This document shows, piece after piece, positions 46,889-58,856 of a stretch of DNA of 64,000 nt. This DNA is from an uncultured delta proteobacterium (GTDB lineage: Bacteria > Desulfobacterota > Binatia > UBA9968), in contig CAVWLW010000074.1 of NCBI GenBank assembly GCA_963755715.1, positions 32,001-96,000 on the forward strand, given 5' to 3'. The notes beneath the pieces are model-generated. The model did no database searches. It saw only the letters and a program-made list of their open reading frames with translations, and had not been told where the DNA came from. The position numbers were made by a program, and so were the translations under genes. Position 1 is the stretch's first letter. Each line of letters starts with the position of its first letter.

Positions 46889-47567
46889 TTGATGAATCCG
46901 ATGGTCACAGTCACGGGATTTTGGGACGCCTTTGTCACCAAGATCGCGGTATTTCTACCGAACCTGTTCTTTTCCATTGCGATCCTTCTGCTCGGCTGGG
47001 TGATCTGCAACGTGATCAAAAGAATCGTCGTGCGTCTGCTCAAGCTCTGCCAGTTCGATTCGCTGGCGGAGCGCGCCGGTATCAAGCAGATTCTCGAAAA
47101 GGGCGGGATCAAGCAGGCGCCTTCCGACATCATCGGGCTGCTCGCTTTCTGGTTTCTTTTTCTGATCGCGATCGTGACGACGCTGGAGACGCTCAATCTT
47201 GAGCGGCGCCACCGATACCTTGCACACGATTTATCTCTACATTCCCAAGATCGTCGCGGCTTTAGTGACGTTGATCCTCGGGCTTTATTTCGCGAATTTT
47301 TTGGAAACCGTGACGCGGACCTCCTGCGCCAATGCCGGTCTCCACGCCGCGGCATCGATCGGCCGTGCCGCTTATATCGGCACGACGATCTTCGTCGTCG
47401 CCGGCATCTTTGAAATCCTCGATATCGCCTCCGAAATCGTCATCTGGGCATTCATTTTGGTCTTCGGCGCGGTCTGCTTGGCGCTGGCTCTGGCCTTTGG
47501 TTTGGGCGGCAGAGACGTCGCCGGGCGCTACCTGGAAAAGTGGCTAGAGCAGAAGAAAAACGAGTAG
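46889..47567 (+). CDS. Conserved TM-helix repeat membrane protein (CmpX/MscS-associated type), apparent +1 frameshift near 47199
   Basis: FLPNLFFSIAILLLGW, second repeat YIPKIVAALVTLILG, C-term LALAFGLGGRDVA. Confidence 0.8.
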
Positions 47568-47697
47568 TTAAGCGCCTTGACTCGCCCTAGTTTATCAGTT
47601 AGTTTCGAGCAGTTAAAAATTCATTTTTAAGCAAATAGCCTAAGGTGCGTTTAGATTTGTAGAAGGCCCTTAGGCTATTTTTGCAGGTGAGGAGAAC

Positions 47698-49104
47698 ATG
47701 GCAGAGTATAAAGTGGTAAAAGTCCCGACGGGCGGCGCAAAGATCACCATGGGAGCCAACAAAAAGCTTCAGGTTCCCGACAACCCAATCATTCCCTATA
47801 TCGAAGGCGACGGCACCGGGCGCGATATTTGGCGCGCGTCGGTGCGCGTGTTCGATTCGGCCGTGGAAAAGGCCTACAAGGGCAAAAAGAAAATCCACTG
47901 GATGGAAGTTTACGCGGGCGAGAAGTCATTTAAGCAGTACAATAGCTGGCTGCACGATGAAACCGTGCCGGCGTTCACTGAGTTTCTCGTTGGCATCAAA
48001 GGGCCGCTGACCACTCCGATCGGCGGCGGCATGACGTCGCTCAACGTAGGTTTGAGGAAGTTGCTCGATCTCTATGTTTGCCTGCGCCCCATTCGCTACT
48101 TCAACGGCGTGCCGTCGCCGGTCAAGCATCCTGAGTTTGTCGACATGGCGGTTTTTCGCGAGAACACCGAAGATATTTACACCGGCATCGAGTTTCCCAA
48201 CGGCACCGAAGCCAACGCTAAGTTCAAATCGCTGCTCAAGGAAAACTTTCCAAAAGAATATGCCAAGATTCGCTTTCCAAACACCGCAGCCGTCGGTTTG
48301 AAGCCGGTCTCGGTCGAAGGCACCGAGCGTTTGGTGCGCGCGGCGATTCAGTGGGCGCTAAATAACAAGCGCAAGAACGTAAACTTCGTCCACAAGGGCA
48401 ACATCATGAAATATACCGAGGGCGCGTTTATGGAATGGGGCTACGCCCTCGGAAAACGCGAATTTCGCAACGATGTGGTCAGCGAGCGCGAGTCGTGGAT
48501 CCTAGGTAACAAGGAAGCCAAAGCGAATATTTCAGTGGAAGAAAATGCCAAGCTGATCGATCCGGGCTTCGACATGATGTCGCCGGCACAGCAGGGCGAT
48601 ATCAAAAAAGAAGTCGAAGAGGCGCTTAAACTTTGGCCGACCCACGGCGACGGCAAATGGAAGTCAAAGTTGATGCTCAAAGACTCCATCGCTGACGTAA
48701 CGCTCCAATTCGTGCTTATCCGGCCAAAAGACTACGACGTCATCGCGACATTAAATCTGAACGGCGACTACCTCTCCGACGCTTTGGCAGCTCAAGTGGG
48801 TGGCATCGGCATCGCGCCCGGCGCCAATATAAATTACGAAACCGGCCATGCGGTTTTCGAGGCGACCCACGGCACCGCGCCGAAGTATGCCGACCTCGAT
48901 AAAGTGAATCCGGGATCGGTTATTCTTTCCGGCGAAATGATGCTCCGCTACATGGGTTGGGGTGAGGCCGCTGATCTCATCATCAAGGGAATCGAGGGCG
49001 CGGTTAACAATAAAACCGTGACCTACGATTTCGAACGTTTGATGCCGGGATCGAAGCTGGTGAGTTGTTCCGGATTCGGCGACGCCATCATTGCCAATAT
49101 GTGA
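47698..49104 (+). CDS. icd: Isocitrate dehydrogenase (NADP), with an internal insertion
   Basis: [49 protein letters not shown]. Confidence 0.97.
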   Translation: MAEYKVVKVPTGGAKITMGANKKLQVPDNPIIPYIEGDGTGRDIWRASVRVFDSAVEKAYKGKKKIHWMEVYAGEKSFKQYNSWLHDETVPAFTEFLVGIKGPLTTPIGGGMTSLNVGLRKLLDLYVCLRPIRYFNGVPSPVKHPEFVDMAVFRENTEDIYTGIEFPNGTEANAKFKSLLKENFPKEYAKIRFPNTAAVGLKPVSVEGTERLVRAAIQWALNNKRKNVNFVHKGNIMKYTEGAFMEWGYALGKREFRNDVVSERESWILGNKEAKANISVEENAKLIDPGFDMMSPAQQGDIKKEVEEALKLWPTHGDGKWKSKLMLKDSIADVTLQFVLIRPKDYDVIATLNLNGDYLSDALAAQVGGIGIAPGANINYETGHAVFEATHGTAPKYADLDKVNPGSVILSGEMMLRYMGWGEAADLIIKGIEGAVNNKTVTYDFERLMPGSKLVSCSGFGDAIIANM

Positions 49105-49161
49105 AGAAGTGCGCGCTGAGAGATTCAGTTGTAGCTTGATTAAAATAGGTTTGAGGGAGTT

Positions 49162-50106
49162 ATGGCAAGGAAGAAAATCGCGCTTATTGGCGCGGGCAAT
49201 ATCGGCGGATCGATGGCCCACTTGGCGCTGTTAAAAGGGCTCGGCGACGTGGTGATGTTCGATGTCATCGAAGGGCTGCCGCAGGGCAAAGCGCTCGATT
49301 TGTCCCATGCCGGGCCGATCGAAGGTTTTGACGGCAGCGTCATCGGCACCAACAAGTACGACGATATTGCCGGCGCCGATGTTTGTATCGTGACAGCGGG
49401 GATCGCGCGCAAACCTGGCATGAGCCGCGACGATTTGCTGGGCACCAACGCCAAGATCCTGACTTCAGTGGCGGACGGAATAAAAAAACACGCGCCAAAC
49501 TCCTTTGTCATCGTCATCACCAATCCGCTCGATGCGATGGTGACCTTGATGCAGCGCGCGCTGGGTTTTCCGAAAAACCGCGTGGTCGGTCAATCGGGAA
49601 TTTTGGATTCTTCCCGTTATCGTTCGTTTATTGCGAAAGAACTGAATGTTTCCGTAAAGAGTGTGCACGCGACGGTGTTGGGCGGTCACGGCGACGACAT
49701 GGTGCCGGTGCGGAGTTCCTGCATTGTCGGCGGCGTCCCAGTGGAGAAACTGATCCCGGCTAAGCGGCTCGATGAAATCGAAGCGCGGGTACGCAACGCC
49801 GGCGGCGAAGTCGTCGCGCTCTTGAAAACGGGATCGGCCTATTTCTCACCGGCTTCGGCGGCGATTCAAATGACGGAGGCCTTCCTCTTTGACAAGAAGG
49901 AAATTCTTCCATGCGCGGCGTTGCTCGAAGGCGAGTACGGCGTCAGCGGTTATTACTTCTGCGTGCCGGTGATGATTGGCGCCGGAGGCGTTGAGAAAAT
50001 CATCGACATCAACCTCAATGCCGCCGACAAGAAGGCCTTCGACGAATCGCTCAGTCATGTTAAAGACATCGTACAAGCGATGAATCGTGTTTTGGGCGTC
50101 GCGTAA
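49162..50106 (+). CDS. mdh: Malate dehydrogenase (LDH-like)
   Basis: [32 protein letters not shown]. Confidence 0.96.
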   Translation: MARKKIALIGAGNIGGSMAHLALLKGLGDVVMFDVIEGLPQGKALDLSHAGPIEGFDGSVIGTNKYDDIAGADVCIVTAGIARKPGMSRDDLLGTNAKILTSVADGIKKHAPNSFVIVITNPLDAMVTLMQRALGFPKNRVVGQSGILDSSRYRSFIAKELNVSVKSVHATVLGGHGDDMVPVRSSCIVGGVPVEKLIPAKRLDEIEARVRNAGGEVVALLKTGSAYFSPASAAIQMTEAFLFDKKEILPCAALLEGEYGVSGYYFCVPVMIGAGGVEKIIDINLNAADKKAFDESLSHVKDIVQAMNRVLGVA

Positions 50107-50129
50107 CCGAGTCGAAATTCAGTAGTCTT

Positions 50130-50165
50130 GAGACCCTGAGACTAATCGTCTAGTCTTAGGGTCTC
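50130..50165. repeat. 15-bp stem hairpin between mdh and sucC
   Basis: GAGACCCTGAGACTA-ATCGTC-TAGTCTTAGGGTCTC with one G-U pair. Confidence 0.7.
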
Positions 50166-50186
50166 GCTTTATCACGCTCTAAACCG

Positions 50187-51353
50187 ATGAACATCCACGA
50201 GTTTCAAGCCAAGGAAATTCTCAAGCGCTTCGGTGTCGCCGTACCCCGAGGAATTGTGGCTACGACACCGGAGCAAGCCAAAGCTGCGGCGCAAGAGCTC
50301 GGCGGTGGAGTGAGCGTCGTCAAAGCGCAGATTCACGCCGGCGGGCGCGGCAAAGGCGGCGGCGTCAAAGTCGTCAAGAGTCCGGACGAGGCGGCGGCAA
50401 AAGCGCGTGAGATGCTCGGTAAAAATCTTGTCACGCATCAAACCGGCCCGGAAGGCCGCCAGGTCCGCCGGGTGCTTGTCGAGCAAGGGCTCAATATCGA
50501 GCGCGAGCTTTATCTGGCCATGGTTTTGGATCGCGCGCAGTCGCGCGTGACCGTGATTTGTTCGTCGGAAGGCGGCGTGGAGATCGAAGAAGTGGCCGCA
50601 AATCATCCGGAAAAGATTTTGAAAGAAACGGTCGATCCCGTGATCGGCCTGGCTGCTTTTCAATGCCGCCGCTTGGCATTCGCGTTGGGCGTCCCGCCTG
50701 CATTGACCGGAAAAATGGTCGGTGTCATGCAAGGGCTTTATCGCGTCTTCGAAGAATGCGACGCCTCGCTCGCCGAAATCAATCCACTGATCATCACGAA
50801 GGAAGGCCAGGTGATGGCGCTCGACGCCAAGATGAATTTCGACAGCAACGCCTTCTTTCGGCAGAAGGAAATTGTCGCGCTACGCGACTTGGATGAAGAA
50901 GACCCGCGTGAAGTCGAGGCCAGCAAATACGATCTCTCGTATATTTCGTTGGACGGCAACATCGCCTGTATGGTCAACGGCGCCGGCTTGGCGATGGCGA
51001 CCATGGATATTATCAAGCTCTACGGCGGCGAGCCGGCTAATTTCCTCGACGTGGGCGGCGGCGCCGACAAGGAAAAGGTCGCCCAGGCTTTCAAAATTCT
51101 TCTGGCCGATGCGCGAGTGCGTGGCGTGCTGATCAATATTTTTGGTGGCATTATGCGTTGCGACGTATTGGCTCAAGGCGTTGTGGATGCCGCGCGCGAG
51201 CTGAACATCAGTGTGCCGTTGGTCGTGCGCATGCAGGGAACCAACGTGGAGCAGGGCAGACAAATCCTCGCCGAATCCGGCTTGACGATCATTTCCGCAG
51301 AAACGATGGCCGAAGCGGCGGAGAAGATCGTGAAAGCAGTCCAAACAAATTAA
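50187..51353 (+). CDS. sucC: Succinyl-CoA synthetase beta subunit
   Basis: [45 protein letters not shown]. Confidence 0.97.
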   Translation: MNIHEFQAKEILKRFGVAVPRGIVATTPEQAKAAAQELGGGVSVVKAQIHAGGRGKGGGVKVVKSPDEAAAKAREMLGKNLVTHQTGPEGRQVRRVLVEQGLNIERELYLAMVLDRAQSRVTVICSSEGGVEIEEVAANHPEKILKETVDPVIGLAAFQCRRLAFALGVPPALTGKMVGVMQGLYRVFEECDASLAEINPLIITKEGQVMALDAKMNFDSNAFFRQKEIVALRDLDEEDPREVEASKYDLSYISLDGNIACMVNGAGLAMATMDIIKLYGGEPANFLDVGGGADKEKVAQAFKILLADARVRGVLINIFGGIMRCDVLAQGVVDAARELNISVPLVVRMQGTNVEQGRQILAESGLTIISAETMAEAAEKIVKAVQTN

Positions 51354-51431
51354 AAATGCAAAATGAAAAATTAAAAATGGATAGGGCGTTGCCTTTTTTA
51401 ATTTTTAACTTTTAATTTTAAATTTATTTTT
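51348..51431. repeat. AT-rich inverted heptamer array
   Basis: TAAAAAT GCAAAAT GAAAAAT TAAAAAT, a spacer, then complementary ATTTTTA/ACTTTTA-type units. Confidence 0.75.
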
Positions 51432-51439
51432 GATAGCAC

Positions 51440-52312
51440 ATGTCGATCCTCGTCAATAAGCAAACCCGTGTCTTGACCCAAGGCATCACCGGGGCGACGG
51501 GGCAATTTCACACCAAAGCGTGCAAAGAGTATGGCACGCAAATGGTGGCTGGCGTCACTCCCGGAAAAGGTGGGACGGTGTTTGAAGGCATTCCGATCTT
51601 CGACAGCGTTGAACGGGCGGTGCGGGAGACCGGCGCTGACGCGAGCGTGATTTATGTCCCGCCGCCGTTCGCGGCGGATGCGATCCTTGAGGCGGCTGAT
51701 GCCGGAATTCCCTTGATTATCTGTATTACCGAGGGCGTGCCGGTGCGCGATATGGTGAAGGTGAAGCGTTACCTCGAAGGTCGAAGCTCGCAACTGCTTG
51801 GCCCGAATTGTCCGGGCACGATTACGCCGGGAGAGTGCAAGATCGGCATTATGCCGGGACACATTCACAAAGCGGGAACGATCGGCGTGGTTTCGCGCAG
51901 TGGCACGTTGACGTATGAAGCCGTGGATCAGTTGACCCGTTTGGGCATGGGGCAGTCGACTTGCGTCGGCATCGGCGGCGATCCGGTGCATGGATTTGAA
52001 TTTATCGACGTCTTGAAAATGTTTAACCAGGACTCGGGAACCAGCGCGGTAGTGATGATCGGCGAGATCGGCGGCAGCGCCGAAGAGGAAGCCGCGGCCT
52101 GGATCAAGCTCAACATGAAAAAGCCGGTGGTCGGTTTCATCGCCGGCCAGACGGCGCCGCCGGGGAAAAGAATGGGCCACGCCGGCGCGATCATTTCCGG
52201 CGGCAAGGGCACCGCCAAAGAAAAAATCGAAGCGATGAAATCTGCCGGTATCCGGCTGGCACCGTCACCGGCCACTATCGGTCGCACCCTGCAGGAGGCA
52301 ATAGGAAAGTAA
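51440..52312 (+). CDS. sucD: Succinyl-CoA synthetase alpha subunit
   Basis: [27 protein letters not shown]. Confidence 0.97.
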   Translation: MSILVNKQTRVLTQGITGATGQFHTKACKEYGTQMVAGVTPGKGGTVFEGIPIFDSVERAVRETGADASVIYVPPPFAADAILEAADAGIPLIICITEGVPVRDMVKVKRYLEGRSSQLLGPNCPGTITPGECKIGIMPGHIHKAGTIGVVSRSGTLTYEAVDQLTRLGMGQSTCVGIGGDPVHGFEFIDVLKMFNQDSGTSAVVMIGEIGGSAEEEAAAWIKLNMKKPVVGFIAGQTAPPGKRMGHAGAIISGGKGTAKEKIEAMKSAGIRLAPSPATIGRTLQEAIGK

Positions 52313-52731
52313 TGAGTGTTGAAAGAACCTTATCGATTGTCAAACCCGACGCAGTCGGACGAAATCTGATCGGCGAGATTCTGCGCCGGTTCGAGGCCGC
52401 CGGTCTCCGGATCGCCGCGGGAAAACTTCTGAGACTGTCGCCGGAGCGAGCGCAGGCATTTTATGCGGTGCACAAGGAGCGGCCGTTTTTTGCCAGCCTG
52501 TGTACCTATATGTCTTCCGGGCCGATCTTCGTGTCGGTTCTCGAGGGGGAGAACGCGATCGCGAAAAATCGCGAGATCATGGGCGCCACCGATCCCGCGA
52601 AAGCCGCGCCGGGAACGATTCGCAAAGATTGCGGCAAAGACGTCGAGCAAAACGCCGTCCATGGCTCGGATGGAGCGGAGACCGCTGCCGGTGAAATTGC
52701 TTTCTTTTTCAGGCCCGACGAAATTTTTTAA
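52312..52731 (+). CDS. ndk: Nucleoside diphosphate kinase
   Basis: [28 protein letters not shown]. Confidence 0.97.
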   Translation: MSVERTLSIVKPDAVGRNLIGEILRRFEAAGLRIAAGKLLRLSPERAQAFYAVHKERPFFASLCTYMSSGPIFVSVLEGENAIAKNREIMGATDPAKAAPGTIRKDCGKDVEQNAVHGSDGAETAAGEIAFFFRPDEIF

Positions 52732-52815
52732 CGCGTCCCGCATTCGTTCTAAACCGGGCGACCCGCGAGCGTTGCAACGACAAACCGCGAACGTCTTTCG
52801 AGCGTTAATTGCAGC

Positions 52816-53886
52816 GTGAAGCCCAACATCAAAGATTTGAGCTTCAAGGAGCTGACGGCGTTTCTGAGCGAGCACCATCATCCTGTCTATCGTGCCAAAC
52901 AGGTATGGCAATGGTTGTTTCAGAAGCGGGCGATCACGTTCGCCGAAATGACAAACCTGTCGCGCTCATTGCGCGAGCAATTGGACGAAAATTTTAGCAT
53001 CGGCCGATTGCAAACCTTGCGGCGCGCCGAGTCGCGCGATGGCACCGTCAAGTTTCTTTTCGGCCTCGTCGACGAGGTGAGCATCGAAAGCGTGTTGATA
53101 CCGGAGCCGCGCCGGTTGACGCTTTGTGTTTCGACCCAAGCCGGTTGCGGTTTCGGCTGCGCTTTTTGCGCCACTGCGATTTTGGGTCTGAAGCGAAATT
53201 TAACGACTAGCGAAATCGTCGATCAGATTCTCGAAGCGAGCCGCACGCTGGGCGATGATGGGCGCATTACACATATCGTTCTCATGGGCATGGGCGAACC
53301 TTTGGCCAATTACGACCAGACCGTCAGAGCGCTGCAAATCATGACCGATGGCGAATGGGGCATCGGTATCTCGCCGCGCCGGGTGACGCTTTCGACCGTC
53401 GGCTTGGTACCGCAAATCGAAAAACTCATGGCCGAGACACGGGTCAATTTAGCGATCTCGCTGCACGCGCCCAACGACGAGCTGCGCGGCGAATTGATGC
53501 CGGTCAATCGCAAATATTCTCTGACGCAACTGCTCGATTGCTGCCGCTCGCTGCCGATACCACGGCGCAAGCGCATCACCTTCGAATACGTCTTGTTGCG
53601 CGGCGTCAACGATTCCGAACAGCAAGCGCGCCAGCTTGCCAAGCTGCTGCGCGATATTCCGAGCAAGGTCAACGTGATTCCATTCAATCCCCATCCCGGC
53701 AGCTCCTATTTGCGGCCGGCGGGCGAGGATATTGTTCGTTTCGAAAACGTTTTGCACGATGCCGGCGTGCAGATCAACGTGCGCCGGCCGCGCGGCGATG
53801 ACATTCAAGCTGCTTGCGGGCAGCTTCAAGGCGAGGAACAGAGCCGCACGCGGCGCGGAAAACGCCTTGCTGCAGAAGCCGTCTGA
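52816..53886 (+). CDS. rlmN: Dual-specificity RNA methyltransferase RlmN
   Basis: CGFGCAFC radical SAM motif, MGMGEP, ISLHA, AACGQL. Confidence 0.96.
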   Translation: MKPNIKDLSFKELTAFLSEHHHPVYRAKQVWQWLFQKRAITFAEMTNLSRSLREQLDENFSIGRLQTLRRAESRDGTVKFLFGLVDEVSIESVLIPEPRRLTLCVSTQAGCGFGCAFCATAILGLKRNLTTSEIVDQILEASRTLGDDGRITHIVLMGMGEPLANYDQTVRALQIMTDGEWGIGISPRRVTLSTVGLVPQIEKLMAETRVNLAISLHAPNDELRGELMPVNRKYSLTQLLDCCRSLPIPRRKRITFEYVLLRGVNDSEQQARQLAKLLRDIPSKVNVIPFNPHPGSSYLRPAGEDIVRFENVLHDAGVQINVRRPRGDDIQAACGQLQGEEQSRTRRGKRLAAEAV

Positions 53887-53893
53887 TACGATC

Positions 53894-54754
53894 ATGGGAG
53901 CACCTATCATTGGCGTGATCGGCGGCAGCGGTCTTTATCAGATGAGCGAAATCGAAGGAGTACGCGAAGTCGAGGTCAAAACGCCTTTCGGCAAACCGTC
54001 GGATCGACTGATTCGCGGCCAGCTGGGCAACGTCGAACTGATTTTTTTGCCGCGCCATGGCAAGGGACATCGTTGGTTGCCTACGGAAATCAATTTTCGC
54101 GCGAATATTTTTGCGCTGAAGAAACTCGGCGTCGGGCAAATTATTTCGGTCAGCGCCGTCGGCAGTTTGCGCCAGGAGATCGCGCCCGGACATTTAGTCG
54201 TGCCCGACCAGTTCATCGACCGCACGACGCAGCGCCCGAGCACTTTTTTTGGCCGCGGCTTAGTCGCACATGTGAGTCTGGCCGATCCTTTTTGCAAAGA
54301 TCTATCGGCGACGCTGATCGACGCGGCGCGGTCGGAAGGCGCGCAGGTTCACGCCGCCGGCACTTACGTGTGCATGGAAGGGCCGCAGTTTTCGACTCGC
54401 GCGGAATCACATTTGTATCGGAGCTGGGGCGCTCATGTGATCGGCATGACCAATCTCCAGGAAGCCAAGCTGGCGCGGGAGGCCGAAATCTGTTTCGCCA
54501 CGCTCGCGCTCGCGACCGATTACGATTGTTGGAACGAGAGCGCGGGAAACGTCGAGATTGAGCATGTATTGACCGTGCTAAAAAACAATGTGGACCTGGC
54601 CCAGCGTACGATTCGGCGCGCCGTGGCGAAACTGTCCGCGCCGCGCGCCTGCGCCTGTGCGTCGGCGTTAAAGGATGCTATCATCACCGAACGCGCGCGC
54701 ATTCCCAAGAAACTCCGCGCCGAGTTACGGCCGATTATCGGGAAATATTTATGA
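53894..54754 (+). CDS. mtnP: S-methyl-5'-thioadenosine phosphorylase
   Basis: GVIGGSG, PRHG, EGPQFSTRAES, GMT..EAKLARE, TDYDCW. Confidence 0.93.
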   Translation: MGAPIIGVIGGSGLYQMSEIEGVREVEVKTPFGKPSDRLIRGQLGNVELIFLPRHGKGHRWLPTEINFRANIFALKKLGVGQIISVSAVGSLRQEIAPGHLVVPDQFIDRTTQRPSTFFGRGLVAHVSLADPFCKDLSATLIDAARSEGAQVHAAGTYVCMEGPQFSTRAESHLYRSWGAHVIGMTNLQEAKLAREAEICFATLALATDYDCWNESAGNVEIEHVLTVLKNNVDLAQRTIRRAVAKLSAPRACACASALKDAIITERARIPKKLRAELRPIIGKYL

Positions 54755-55656
54755 GCGTCTTAGTGGTTGGCACCGTTGCTTTTGATTCGATCGAAACGCC
54801 TTTCGGTTCCGCCGAGCGCATCCTCGGCGGCTCGGCCTCTTACTTCGCCCTCGGCGCAAGCTTTTTCGCGCCGGTGCGGATCGTCGGCGTGATCGGCGAG
54901 GATTTTCCGCAGGACTATATCGACCTTTTCAACCAACGCAACATCGACATCGAAGGCATTCAGCGCGAGAAAGGTGACACGTTTCACTGGCGCGGGCGCT
55001 ATCACGAAGACATCAACTTGCGCGACACCATCGAGCTGCATTTGAACGTCTTGGCCGGCTTCGAGCCAAAACTGCCGGAGCGCTACCGCGACGCCGAATA
55101 TGTTTTTCTCGGCAACATCGATCCGCTTATGCAGATGAAAGTGTTGGACCAACTGCGGCGCATGAAGCTGGTGGTGTGCGACACCATGGATCATTGGATT
55201 CGCGAGAGCCAAGAAGAGCTTAAGAAAGTTCTGCGGCGCATCGAGATCCTCGTCGTCAACGACTCGGAAGCGCGACTCCTAAGCGGCTATGACAACATCG
55301 TCAAGGCCGCGCGAGCGATCCTCAAAATGGGACCGAAGATGGTACTGATCAAACGCGGCGAGTACGGCGTTTTGCAGTTTTCCGACTCCTCGGTCTTCGC
55401 CACGCCGGCCTATCCGCTCGAGGAAGTTTTCGATCCGACCGGCGCGGGCGATTCATTTGCCGGGGGGCTCATGGGCCATCTGGCGCGCTCGGGCGATCAA
55501 AGCCAGGGCGGATTGCGCCGGGCGATCGTTTACGGTTCGGTCGTGGCTTCGTTCACCGTCGAAGATTTCGGCGTTAAACGGCTGACCGATGTGTCTCTTG
55601 GCGAGATCGAAGAACGCTACCAGCGCTTCGTGGAGTTGACCGATTTCCACTCCTGA
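54751..55656 (+). CDS. PfkB family carbohydrate/nucleoside kinase
   Basis: GTVAFD, LGGSASY, NDSEA, DPTGAGDSFAGG. Confidence 0.9.
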   Translation: MSVLVVGTVAFDSIETPFGSAERILGGSASYFALGASFFAPVRIVGVIGEDFPQDYIDLFNQRNIDIEGIQREKGDTFHWRGRYHEDINLRDTIELHLNVLAGFEPKLPERYRDAEYVFLGNIDPLMQMKVLDQLRRMKLVVCDTMDHWIRESQEELKKVLRRIEILVVNDSEARLLSGYDNIVKAARAILKMGPKMVLIKRGEYGVLQFSDSSVFATPAYPLEEVFDPTGAGDSFAGGLMGHLARSGDQSQGGLRRAIVYGSVVASFTVEDFGVKRLTDVSLGEIEERYQRFVELTDFHS

Positions 55657-55660
55657 GCCG

Positions 55661-56615
55661 ATGGAGCTGTCGATCGTCATTCCGGTTTATAACGAGGAAG
55701 AGAACGTCGAACCGTTGATCGGAGAGATCGAAGGCGTCTTGGCGGCCGCGGAGAAAACCTACGAGATCATCGCCGTCGATGATGGCAGCAAAGATCGCAC
55801 GTTCATGATGCTGCGCCAGTTGCACGGGACCCGGCCTCGGCTCAAGATCGTCAGGCTGAAGCGCAACTTCGGGCAGACCGCCGCGATGGCGGCCGGCTTG
55901 GCCTACGCCAAGGGTGAAATCATCATCGTCATGGACGGCGACGGTCAAAATGATCCCGCCGATATTCCCGAGTTGATTAAAGAGATCGAAGAGGGAAACG
56001 ATCTGGTGGCGGGCTGGCGTTCTAATCGCCAGGATCCGTTTTTCCGCCGTCGCCTGCCTTCAATGATCGCCAACCGTCTGATATCCTGGACCACGAGAGT
56101 GAAGCTGCACGACTACGGCTGCACGCTCAAAGCCATGCGTAAGGACGTTGCCAAGAGCCTGAGGTTGTACGGCGAAATGCATCGCTTCATTCCGGCGATC
56201 GCTTACGAGCGCGGCGCGCAGATTGTCGAGCTTAAAGTGAATCATCGGCCGCGCTTACGCGGCGTCTCGAAGTACGGGATTACCAGAACTCTGCGCGTAG
56301 TGTTGGATCTACTAACCGTGAAATTCTTGATCAGCTATTCGACCCGGCCGTCGCACATTTTTGGGCCGCTCGGAGTCTTCAGCGGCGGCATCGGATTTGT
56401 ATTTGGAGTGTATCTGACTATTGAAAAATTCTATTCGGGCATGGCGATCGGTGGCCGGCCGTTGCTGTTGCTTGCCGTATTGCTGATCTTTCTCGGTTTT
56501 CAATTTCTCACCATGGGATTGCTCGGAGAGATGCTGGCGCGCACATATCACGAATCACAGAACCGTCCGATATACGTCGTCGGCGAGGTGTTGGCGCATG
56601 GAGGACGAGTCATGA
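55661..56615 (+). CDS. GT2 glycosyltransferase (DPM1/ArnC-like); in this assembly it reads in frame into ugd
   Basis: IPVYNE, DDGS, RNFGQT, MDGDGQNDP, HDYGC, HRFIP, two C-terminal TM segments. Confidence 0.88.
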
Positions 56616-57916
56616 AGTTGGCGATGGTCGGCGTTGGCTACGTGGGGCTGGTGGCAGGCACTTGCTTTGCCGAGAGTGGCAACGACGTGACCTGCGTCGA
56701 CATCGACGAGAAAAAGATCGAAATGCTCAAGGCGGGCAAGGTGCCGATTTACGAGCCGGGCTTGGAAGAAATGGTTCGGCGCAATTTCGAGGATCAGCGC
56801 TTGAGCTTTACTACCGATTTGCCGAGTGCCGTTAAAAATTCGCAAATCATATTTATCGCTGTTGGCACGCCCCAGGGGCCGACCGGACACGCCAACCTTG
56901 AATATGTCGAGGCGACAGCTAGGGGCATCGCCAGAGCGATGAACTCGTTCAAAATCATTGTCACGAAAAGCACGGTGCCGGTGGGCACGGCCGACCGGAT
57001 CCAACAGTGGATTGCCGAGGAAACTCAGCAGCCTTTTGCGGTGGCGTCGAATCCCGAGTTTATGAAGGAAGGCGCGGCTGTGGAAGATTTTATGAAACCC
57101 GATCGCGTGGTCTTAGGCGGCGACAACGCCGAGGCCTTGGAGACCCTCAAGGAGCTCTATGATCCTTTCTTGCGCACCGGAAATCCGATTCTTGTGATGG
57201 ATTGCCGTAGCGCTGAAATGAGCAAATACGCGGCCAATGCTATGTTGGCAACCAAGATATCCTTCATCAACGAGATTGCGCACCTGTGCGAAGAGATGCA
57301 AGCCGATGTGGGCGAAGTTCGGCGCGCGATCAGCCTCGACCGGCGCATCGGGCCGCACTTCATTTTTCCCGGCGTCGGTTACGGCGGCTCGTGTTTTCCG
57401 AAAGATATCCGCGCCATGATCGGCATGGCTGGAGATGAGCCCGCCATGCCGCTCCTCAGAGCAGTGGAACAGGTGAACGAACAGCAAAAGGGACTGCTGT
57501 TCCAAAAAGTGAAAAGGCATTTCGGCGTAGAGTTGGCGGGGTTGACCTTTGCGATCTGGGGGCTTGCCTTCAAACCACGCACTGACGATATGCGCGACGC
57601 GCCGGCGATCACCGTCATCGAATCCCTTTTGAGCGCCGGCGCGCGAGTGCAAGCATTCGATCCGGAGGCGATGGAGGAAGCGAGAAAAATCTTCGGCGAC
57701 CGCATCCAGTACACGCATCGAAATTATGACGCGCTGCACGGCGCCGCGGCGCTGCTGATTCTGACCGAGTGGAATGAATTTCGCCGGCCGGATTTTTCGC
57801 GGATCAAAGGATTGCTCAAACAGCCGGTGATCTTCGACGGCCGCAATATTTACGATCCGATCGATCTGCGCAAGCTCGGCTTCACATATTATTCAATAGG
57901 ACGGAACCATGTCTAG
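56612..57916 (+). CDS. ugd: UDP-glucose 6-dehydrogenase
   Basis: GGAGGA RBS; [40 protein letters not shown]. Confidence 0.93.
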   Translation: MKLAMVGVGYVGLVAGTCFAESGNDVTCVDIDEKKIEMLKAGKVPIYEPGLEEMVRRNFEDQRLSFTTDLPSAVKNSQIIFIAVGTPQGPTGHANLEYVEATARGIARAMNSFKIIVTKSTVPVGTADRIQQWIAEETQQPFAVASNPEFMKEGAAVEDFMKPDRVVLGGDNAEALETLKELYDPFLRTGNPILVMDCRSAEMSKYAANAMLATKISFINEIAHLCEEMQADVGEVRRAISLDRRIGPHFIFPGVGYGGSCFPKDIRAMIGMAGDEPAMPLLRAVEQVNEQQKGLLFQKVKRHFGVELAGLTFAIWGLAFKPRTDDMRDAPAITVIESLLSAGARVQAFDPEAMEEARKIFGDRIQYTHRNYDALHGAAALLILTEWNEFRRPDFSRIKGLLKQPVIFDGRNIYDPIDLRKLGFTYYSIGRNHV

Positions 57917-58856
57917 ATATCTGGTGACGGGCGGCGCCGGTTTCATCGGTTCTCATCTGTGCGAGAGTTTCCTGAACCAGGGACATGAGGTGCTCTGCAT
58001 GGACAACTACTCCACCGGTGCCAAACAAAATGTCGGCGCGTTTCTCAAAAACCCGCGTTTCCGTTTCATCGATCATAACGTGAGCCGCTACATCGAAGTG
58101 CCGGAGCCGCTCGATTACATCCTGCATTTCGCTTCGCCAGCGAGCCCCGTCGATTATTTGGAGTTGCCGATCCCAACCTTAAAAGTTGGCGCTTTGGGCA
58201 CGCACAACACGTTGGGTCTGGCGAAAGCCAAGAGCGCGGTTTATTTGCTGGCGTCGACTTCCGAAGTCTATGGCGATCCGCTGGTGCGACCGCAGACGGA
58301 AGAATACTGGGGCAATGTCAATCCGATCGGGCCGCGCGGCGTCTACGATGAGGCGAAACGATTTGCCGAGGCGATGACGATGGCGTATCACCGTTTCCAC
58401 GGCTTGAACACGCGCATCGTGCGCATCTTCAATACTTACGGGCCGCGCATGCGCTTGCACGATGGCCGTGTGGTGCCGAACTTCATCATGCAGGCGCTCA
58501 AAGGAGAGCCGTTGACGGTTTACGGTCAGGGCGAGCAGACGCGCAGTTTTCAATACGTCGATGATCTCGTCATCGGGCTCAAGAAGCTTCTCGACGCCGA
58601 TCATCACTTGCCGGTCAACATCGGCAATCCGCATGAGATGACCGTCTTGGAATTCGCCAAAAAAATTATCGAGCTCACCGGCTCGAAAAGTTCCATCGTC
58701 TACAAACCCTTGCCCGAGGACGATCCGCAAGTGCGCCAGCCCGATATCACCAAGGCCAAAAAGATTCTCGGCTGGGAGCCCAAGGTGCAATTGGAAGAAG
58801 GCTTGGTCAAAACCATCGAATATTTTCGCGCCCGGCTGGAGGAGCAGAAGACGTGA
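57909..58856 (+). CDS. uxs: UDP-glucuronate decarboxylase (UDP-xylose synthase)
   Basis: [48 protein letters not shown]. Confidence 0.9.
   Translation: MSRYLVTGGAGFIGSHLCESFLNQGHEVLCMDNYSTGAKQNVGAFLKNPRFRFIDHNVSRYIEVPEPLDYILHFASPASPVDYLELPIPTLKVGALGTHNTLGLAKAKSAVYLLASTSEVYGDPLVRPQTEEYWGNVNPIGPRGVYDEAKRFAEAMTMAYHRFHGLNTRIVRIFNTYGPRMRLHDGRVVPNFIMQALKGEPLTVYGQGEQTRSFQYVDDLVIGLKKLLDADHHLPVNIGNPHEMTVLEFAKKIIELTGSKSSIVYKPLPEDDPQVRQPDITKAKKILGWEPKVQLEEGLVKTIEYFRARLEEQKT

Noticed and set aside
55661-57916. 751-aa GT2-Ugd fusion as a novel bifunctional enzyme
   Set aside because: ugd has its own RBS and ATG, one-base removal yields a normal ATGA overlap, and three similar insertions occur in the window.
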